64,000 nt of DNA from an archaeon (GTDB taxonomy: Archaea; Nanobdellota; Nanobdellia; SCGC-AAA011-G17; GW2011-AR17), in the NCBI GenBank assembly GCA_018692925.1, contig JABHLH010000002.1, forward strand, positions 38,576 through 102,575, read 5' to 3'. The position numbers and the translations under genes are program-made. This document shows, one piece after another, positions 58,528 through 64,000 of this stretch. A model generated the notes under the pieces. The model was not told where the DNA came from. It did no database searches and saw only the letters and a program-made list of their open reading frames with translations. Position 1 is the first letter of the stretch. The number at the start of each line of letters is the position of its first letter.

Positions 58528-59763
58528 ATGATGGTAAATAAGAAAGTAGTACAACCTGAAATCAGTATTGGCTTAGTCGGTCATGTTGATCATGGTAAAA
58601 CTACTATTACTCAAAGACTTTCTGGTCAATGGACAGATACTCATTCTGAAGAAGTTAAGAAAGGGATTACTATCCGTTTGGGTTATGCAAACACTTCAAT
58701 TTATCATTTTCCAAAAGCAAAAACATATTCTACTACTGAAACTTTAGAAGATTCCAAAGAGAAAGGTAAATTTCTAAGAGCAATTTCTTTTGTTGATGCT
58801 CCTGGTCACGAAACTTTAATGGCAACAATGCTTTCAGGTAGTGCAATTATGGATGCAGCTCTCCTATTGGTTGCTGCAGATGAAAAATGTCCTCAACCTC
58901 AAACTAAAGAGCACTTAATGGCTTTAGAGATTGCTGGAATTAAAGATATTATTATTGTTCAAAACAAAGTTGATTTAGTTTCTGAAGAAGGAGCTACTAA
59001 AAATTACAATGAGATCAAAGCATTTGTAAAGGGAACTATTGCAGAAAATGCACCTGTTGTTCCAATCTCAGCAAAATTAAATGTAAATATTGATTTATTA
59101 TTAGAAAATATTCAAGAAAAGTTCAAAACTCCAAAAAGAGATTCTAAGAAAGACCCTATTATGTTTACTGCTAGAACTTTTGACATTAACAAACCTGGTG
59201 CTTCTGCTAACAAAATTCTTGGTGGAGTTTTAGGTGGTTCAATTAAACAAGGTGTATTAAAAGTTGGAGATAAGGTAGAAATTAGACCTGGTAGAAAAGT
59301 TGAGAAAGAGGGTAGAGTTAAATGGATTCCAGTTACTACAAAAATCACAAGTATCAAAAGTGGTTCTGACGATTTAACTGAAGCTCATCCTGGTGGTTCT
59401 ATTGCTTTACTAACTTCCTTAGATCCTTCCTTAGTAAAATCAGATTCACTTTCTGGAAATGTAATTGGTTATCCAAACAAATTACCTCCCGTTTATTACG
59501 AACTTAAATTAAAACCAAATCTTTTGAAAAGAGTTGTTGGTTCTGAGAAAGAATTAAAAGTTAATCCTATTAAGAAGGGTGAAATGTTAATGCTTAATGT
59601 AAATTCTTCAGCTACTGTTGGTATGGTTACTGAAATTAAAAAAAGTTTTTTCAAAGCAAAATTAAAATTACCTGTTTGCGCTTCTAAAGATGACAAGATT
59701 ACAATTTCTAGATTACTAGGTCACAGATTTAGATTAATTGGTTATGGTAGTTTATTAGAATAA
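58528..59763 (+). CDS. eif2g: Translation initiation factor aIF2 gamma
   Basis: GHVDHGKT, GITIRLGY, DAPGHE, PQPQT. Confidence 0.98.
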   Translation: MMVNKKVVQPEISIGLVGHVDHGKTTITQRLSGQWTDTHSEEVKKGITIRLGYANTSIYHFPKAKTYSTTETLEDSKEKGKFLRAISFVDAPGHETLMATMLSGSAIMDAALLLVAADEKCPQPQTKEHLMALEIAGIKDIIIVQNKVDLVSEEGATKNYNEIKAFVKGTIAENAPVVPISAKLNVNIDLLLENIQEKFKTPKRDSKKDPIMFTARTFDINKPGASANKILGGVLGGSIKQGVLKVGDKVEIRPGRKVEKEGRVKWIPVTTKITSIKSGSDDLTEAHPGGSIALLTSLDPSLVKSDSLSGNVIGYPNKLPPVYYELKLKPNLLKRVVGSEKELKVNPIKKGEMLMLNVNSSATVGMVTEIKKSFFKAKLKLPVCASKDDKITISRLLGHRFRLIGYGSLLE

Positions 59764-61410
59764 TTATTCTAAAATACTTTCTTCATCTGGTTTTCTTATC
59801 CAAATAATTGTCTTCTTTTTTGAATTTCCATTTTTATCAAAAATTTCAGAATACCATTCTTGTTTTCCTTCTAGAGTATGATCTGGCAATTTCATAATCT
59901 CATCACTACCATCTTTTAATATAGATAATAATCTCAGGTTTTTAGGTATATAATTTACTGCTGTATTATAATGGTGATTTCCCATTACTAAACCTTCAAA
60001 TCCATTTTCAATTCCTAATTGGTCTACATATCCTAAACAATGTCTTGTTAATTTTTCCAAAGATTTATTTGATAATGGATTCATTGCACTTGATAATTCT
60101 AATGAATTAACTGCTTGAACAGCTTTATTTTCTAAATCAATTCCAGCATGAACTAATAACATTCCCACTCTTCTTTTTTTTCTATTCAATTCTTTTTTAC
60201 TTTTTGATAAAACAGCTTTTTGATAAATTCCTACAACTATTGTTCCTTCATCTAATTGATAAAATGGGATATAATCTTCATTTTCTATTTGGTCTTGATT
60301 ATTTGGATTTAAAATACTTGCAGCAATACAACATCCTCCATCATTTCCAAAACTAACATCTCTTGGCAACAAAGCTTCAACTTGACAACTATATTCTACT
60401 TCTGCAACATTCTTAACTCTTGAAGATATTAAATCTGGGTCTTCAATATTATCAATATGCTCTTGTAAATTACTAACTTTTGAATCCTCAAAATCAAAAA
60501 CTTTAACATAAGAATAATCTTTCAAAACAATCTCATTTTCTCCATTTATAAAAAATCTTAAAAAAGAATTTTTAAACCCTTTAGTATTTGTATAAGGATT
60601 ATCTGTAACAAAATCTCTTAAAGATTTTAATGTCTCTTTTAATTCTACTTCATTTTCAATTACTCTAGTTCTTTGCCAAGTTTCATAACAGGATGATAAT
60701 TTGGAATCTTCTAATCTTTTATTTAATCTCAATTCAAATTCATTTTCAAATATTTCTTTATCACTTTCTACTAGTTTAGGAAGTATTTGATCAATTATTC
60801 CTTGTCTTTCATTCTTATTCATATGAAAATAATCATCATCAAGATCAATTGTCCCTTCTAATTCTTCTAAAATTTCTATATATCTTTCCTCAGATTCCTC
60901 TGTAAGAGTATAACCAAATAAATTATTTAAAAGTTCAGGATAGTTTCCTTCCTTAAAATTATCAACTAATAATTCATAATCTACATGCGAAAATTCTTCT
61001 GGAAAATATTCAAATGACATAGAACTTTTTTCTCTATATTCTTCAACAATACTAAATGCTTCTCCAAGATATGAATAAATCTTATCTCCTTCTAATATTG
61101 CTTGTTTTTCTAATTTTAATCTTAAATGATTTGAATCTTCAATTCCTTCATGCCATTTATCTAAATCAATCCCGTATTCTTGAGCATCTTTTCTTAATAT
61201 TACATTATGTTCTAATCTCTTTTTTATACTTGGATCTAAAATTGATGCAGCATAAACTTGTCCATATGAAGAATATCTTACCAAAGTTTCCATTCTTAGA
61301 GCATTTGTTTCATTTATTTCGCCTACACTTTGCATTCTAAGAATTTCTTCTAGAGATCTCTCTAATAACTCTCCTTCTGAAAATTTTTGCTCTAAATCTC
61401 CTTCATACAT
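59764..61410 (-). CDS. Large acidic hypothetical protein
   Basis: 548-aa ORF; C-terminal alpha/beta region with FGNDGGCC. Confidence 0.75.
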   Translation of the reverse strand: MYEGDLEQKFSEGELLERSLEEILRMQSVGEINETNALRMETLVRYSSYGQVYAASILDPSIKKRLEHNVILRKDAQEYGIDLDKWHEGIEDSNHLRLKLEKQAILEGDKIYSYLGEAFSIVEEYREKSSMSFEYFPEEFSHVDYELLVDNFKEGNYPELLNNLFGYTLTEESEERYIEILEELEGTIDLDDDYFHMNKNERQGIIDQILPKLVESDKEIFENEFELRLNKRLEDSKLSSCYETWQRTRVIENEVELKETLKSLRDFVTDNPYTNTKGFKNSFLRFFINGENEIVLKDYSYVKVFDFEDSKVSNLQEHIDNIEDPDLISSRVKNVAEVEYSCQVEALLPRDVSFGNDGGCCIAASILNPNNQDQIENEDYIPFYQLDEGTIVVGIYQKAVLSKSKKELNRKKRRVGMLLVHAGIDLENKAVQAVNSLELSSAMNPLSNKSLEKLTRHCLGYVDQLGIENGFEGLVMGNHHYNTAVNYIPKNLRLLSILKDGSDEIMKLPDHTLEGKQEWYSEIFDKNGNSKKKTIIWIRKPDEESILE

Positions 61411-61463
61411 AATATTTTTTTTAAAGAAATCCTTTATAAAATTAACTAAAAAAATAAAAAAAG

Positions 61464-61496
61464 ATCTAGGACACTCAAACCCTGAATATCCTAGAT
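61464..61496. terminator. Stem-loop downstream of the secreted-protein gene
   Basis: ATCTAGGA...TCCTAGAT inverted repeat followed by a T tract on the minus strand. Confidence 0.55.
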
Positions 61497-61526
61497 TTTA
61501 CCTTATATTCTTTTTTGGGGAAAGAT

Positions 61527-62066
61527 CTAAGGGAACATGAATCTAAATTTTTGTTTGATCTTTGGAAATAGCCAGTGATTTTCTTCTCTCCATTCTGACA
61601 TTGCTTCTTTAACTTCATCCTTACCTGCCTCTTCTTCTAATCCAAGTAATTCTGTCACTTTTTCATGTCTAGCTTCTTTAGCAATTTCAAGAACTTCTTT
61701 ATCACTTAGATCTTCATCTAAACCTAAAACATCTCTTAACTTCTCAATTTTTTGAGTTTTCAAAGCTTCTTCAAGTTCTTCTTCAGAGTCCACACCTAAT
61801 AGTTCCATAAGCTCATCTTTTCTTTCATCTATTTCATTTTCAATAGCATCTATCAGATCTCCAATACTATCATCTACACTAAGGTCATACTTGTCCATTA
61901 CTTGTTCAATAGCCCATTTTACTGGTTGTAGTGGAAAATTATGTTCTCTTGTTTCTTCTACTACTGCTATTTCTATTTCATCTGTTGTAGTTTCTTCTGC
62001 AGCCATTACACTTGTTGTGCTCAGCACCACAAGAGCCAGCAACAATATTGCCCATATTTTTTTCAT
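61527..62066 (-). CDS. Secreted acidic helical-repeat protein
   Basis: MKKIWAILLL..VMA signal; repeats (E)LLG(V/L)D..E; GGAGGT SD. Confidence 0.75.
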   Translation of the reverse strand: MKKIWAILLLALVVLSTTSVMAAEETTTDEIEIAVVEETREHNFPLQPVKWAIEQVMDKYDLSVDDSIGDLIDAIENEIDERKDELMELLGVDSEEELEEALKTQKIEKLRDVLGLDEDLSDKEVLEIAKEARHEKVTELLGLEEEAGKDEVKEAMSEWREENHWLFPKIKQKFRFMFP

Positions 62067-62179
62067 TTTTTCATACCTCCTCAGATCCACAAACCTTAAA
62101 AGCTGCGGATCTAAACTCAATTAAATCAGAAACACCATTTAAATTGTCCTTGTAAAATGGCGTAATAAGGCGTAAAACG

Positions 62180-62722
62180 ATGAAACAACTTGAAACCACA
62201 TTCAAAAACATTGTAATGATACTTTGTTTTATTTACTTTGGAATTTCTGTTTTACTCTTTGTATTTTTCTTAATTACTTTCCTAAATGGTGGCCAAATTT
62301 TCATATTGAAAAGAGTAATGCCTCAAGATGGAGCTATTGCAATCTTCAAATGGTTCTCAGGTTTCATGTCAATCATAACTATATTTGGAAGCATCACAAG
62401 TCTTTTATCTGGTATTGCTTTGATGAGATCTAACCAGAAAGTTATAGTAACTGAAGCTGTAAAAGAGACTGAAAAAAAGGTTGAAGAGAAGCACGAAAAC
62501 AAAGTTGATTCTGATGTTTTACTTCCAGATGAAAAGAAGATTATTGGGATCTTAGAAAACCACAATGGCTATATGACTCAAAGGGATTTGGTTATTGAAT
62601 CTAAATTATCTAAGGTTAAAATCCACAGATTGTTAAAAACTTTGGAAGCAAAAAAGGTAATCTCCAAATATGCTTTTGGAATGACTAATCGGATTCGGCT
62701 TGAAAAGAAGATAAAAGAATAA
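62180..62722 (+). CDS. Membrane-anchored winged-helix regulator
   Basis: 2 TMs followed by LLPDEKKII..MTQRDL..LSKVKIHRLL..GMTNRI. Confidence 0.88.
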   Translation: MKQLETTFKNIVMILCFIYFGISVLLFVFFLITFLNGGQIFILKRVMPQDGAIAIFKWFSGFMSIITIFGSITSLLSGIALMRSNQKVIVTEAVKETEKKVEEKHENKVDSDVLLPDEKKIIGILENHNGYMTQRDLVIESKLSKVKIHRLLKTLEAKKVISKYAFGMTNRIRLEKKIKE

Positions 62723-62754
62723 TCCTTTTATATTATTATTAATTAATTATACTT

Positions 62755-63306
62755 ATGAAAATAACATTATGTGGTAGAATTGGTTCAGGAAAATCTGTTA
62801 TTGCAAAGGCTTTAGCTAAAGACTTAAATTTAAAGCATTATTCTACTGGGGACTTAATGCGTGAGATTGCTAAAGAAAAAGGTTACACAATTGAAGATTT
62901 CATGAAAATCAGATCTGATGACATTGACCATCAAGTTGATTCAAGAACAAAAAAGATTGGTGAAGAGGAAGACAATTTTATATTTGATAGTAAACTAGCA
63001 TTCAATTTTATTGAAGATGCAATTAAGATATTTTTAGATGTTACTTATGAAGAAGCTGCAAAAAGAATATTTGAAAATCAAAGAAACTCTGAAGCTCCAG
63101 CATCTTCACCAGAAGAATTAGCTATTAGAAACAAAGAAAGGTGGGAAGTAGACAGAAAAAAGTACCAAAAATTATACAGTGTTGACATTGATGATAAGAA
63201 AAACTATGATGTTTACATTAAAACCACAGGAAAACCTTTAGATGAAGTCATCCAAGAAGTTAAACGAGCTATACTCTCATTTTCAGAAAAACAAGAAGAT
63301 AATTGA
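62755..63306 (+). CDS. cmk: Cytidylate kinase (archaeal type)
   Basis: GRIGSGKS, STGDLMR, DRKKYQKLY. Confidence 0.92.
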   Translation: MKITLCGRIGSGKSVIAKALAKDLNLKHYSTGDLMREIAKEKGYTIEDFMKIRSDDIDHQVDSRTKKIGEEEDNFIFDSKLAFNFIEDAIKIFLDVTYEEAAKRIFENQRNSEAPASSPEELAIRNKERWEVDRKKYQKLYSVDIDDKKNYDVYIKTTGKPLDEVIQEVKRAILSFSEKQEDN

Positions 63307-63832
63307 TGAGAGGCTTTCTGAATTTAAAACAAAGAAAGATGATAGAGAGATCTTTTTTGAACTTTGCTTTTGTATTTTAGCTGCAAACACTTCTTCAAAA
63401 ATGGCTTCAAGAGTTGTTGAAGGATCTAAAGATATTCTAATTGATTCTACTTATGAAGAATTAAACAAGAAATTAAAAGAATTAAGTTGTCGTTTTTATA
63501 ATCGAAGAACTGAATACATATTTTATGCTAGAACTATTCCCATAAAATTTGACAGAGAATATTTGGTAAAAAATATCAAAGGTCTTGGTTACAAAGAATC
63601 TTCTCACTTTCTAAGAAATATAGGTTATTCTGATTATGCTATTTTGGACAAACATATTTTAAGATCTTTAGAAGAATTTGGAGTCATTAAAGAGATTCCT
63701 AAATCTTTGAATAAAAAGAAATATTTAGAGATTGAAGAAAAGATGAAACTTTGGTCCAAAGAGATTAAAATTCCTATGGACGAACTTGATTTAGTCCTTT
63801 GGTCTAGGAAAACTGGTGAAGTTTTGAAGTGA
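63242..63832 (+). CDS. ogg: 8-oxoguanine N-glycosylase/DNA lyase
   Basis: ELCFCILAAN, KGLGYKESSHFLRN, AILDKHI. Confidence 0.94.
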   Translation: MKSSKKLNELYSHFQKNKKIIDERLSEFKTKKDDREIFFELCFCILAANTSSKMASRVVEGSKDILIDSTYEELNKKLKELSCRFYNRRTEYIFYARTIPIKFDREYLVKNIKGLGYKESSHFLRNIGYSDYAILDKHILRSLEEFGVIKEIPKSLNKKKYLEIEEKMKLWSKEIKIPMDELDLVLWSRKTGEVLK

Positions 63833-64000
63833 TTTCTGAAAATTTTTCAAAAAATCTTAACTAACTTTTTTTAATTTGAATTTCTAAAAATCTTTATGGT
63901 AATAATAATTAGTGAAGAGGTGGTAAATATAGAAGAAATAGAATAGGAATAAAACAAAAGATTTATATATAAGTTTATACAACTATTTATATAATTTTAT

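Noticed and set aside
1228-62565. Numerous 60-126 aa antisense or nested ORFs in the track (e.g. 1228, 1929, 29505, 42346, 50925, 59112)
   Set aside because: Shadow frames of well-supported genes, with no motifs

Overview
Very AT-rich archaeal chromosomal window. By inference from gene content it is DPANN, Woesearchaeota-like. Housekeeping genes are archaeal: the exosome/proteasome superoperon pop5-psmA-SBDS-rrp4-rrp41-rrp42-rpoK, aIF5B, aIF2-gamma, S6e, RLI1, dph5 and ATP-dependent ligase. Bacterial-type imports are mixed in: nrdR with NrdR boxes, lgt and grpE-dnaK-dnaJ. There are three tRNAs. The most striking locus is a tRNA-Leu(TAA) with two BHB introns (non-canonical 30/31 and canonical 37/38, possibly a third nested), lying 26 nt downstream of a co-oriented free-standing LAGLIDADG endonuclease. 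Other notable items are: a leaderless uORF in front of a deoxyhypusine-synthase/decarboxylase operon; a ThiI apparently split into two distant complementary genes; a split NrdD; Lgt with lipobox-bearing candidate substrates; a decaying signal-transduction cassette ending at a head-to-head truncation junction; a histone-H1-like protein; and several unannotated small ORFs. No CRISPR array, rRNA, integrase or transposase was seen. All family calls come from motif recognition by eye, with no database search.
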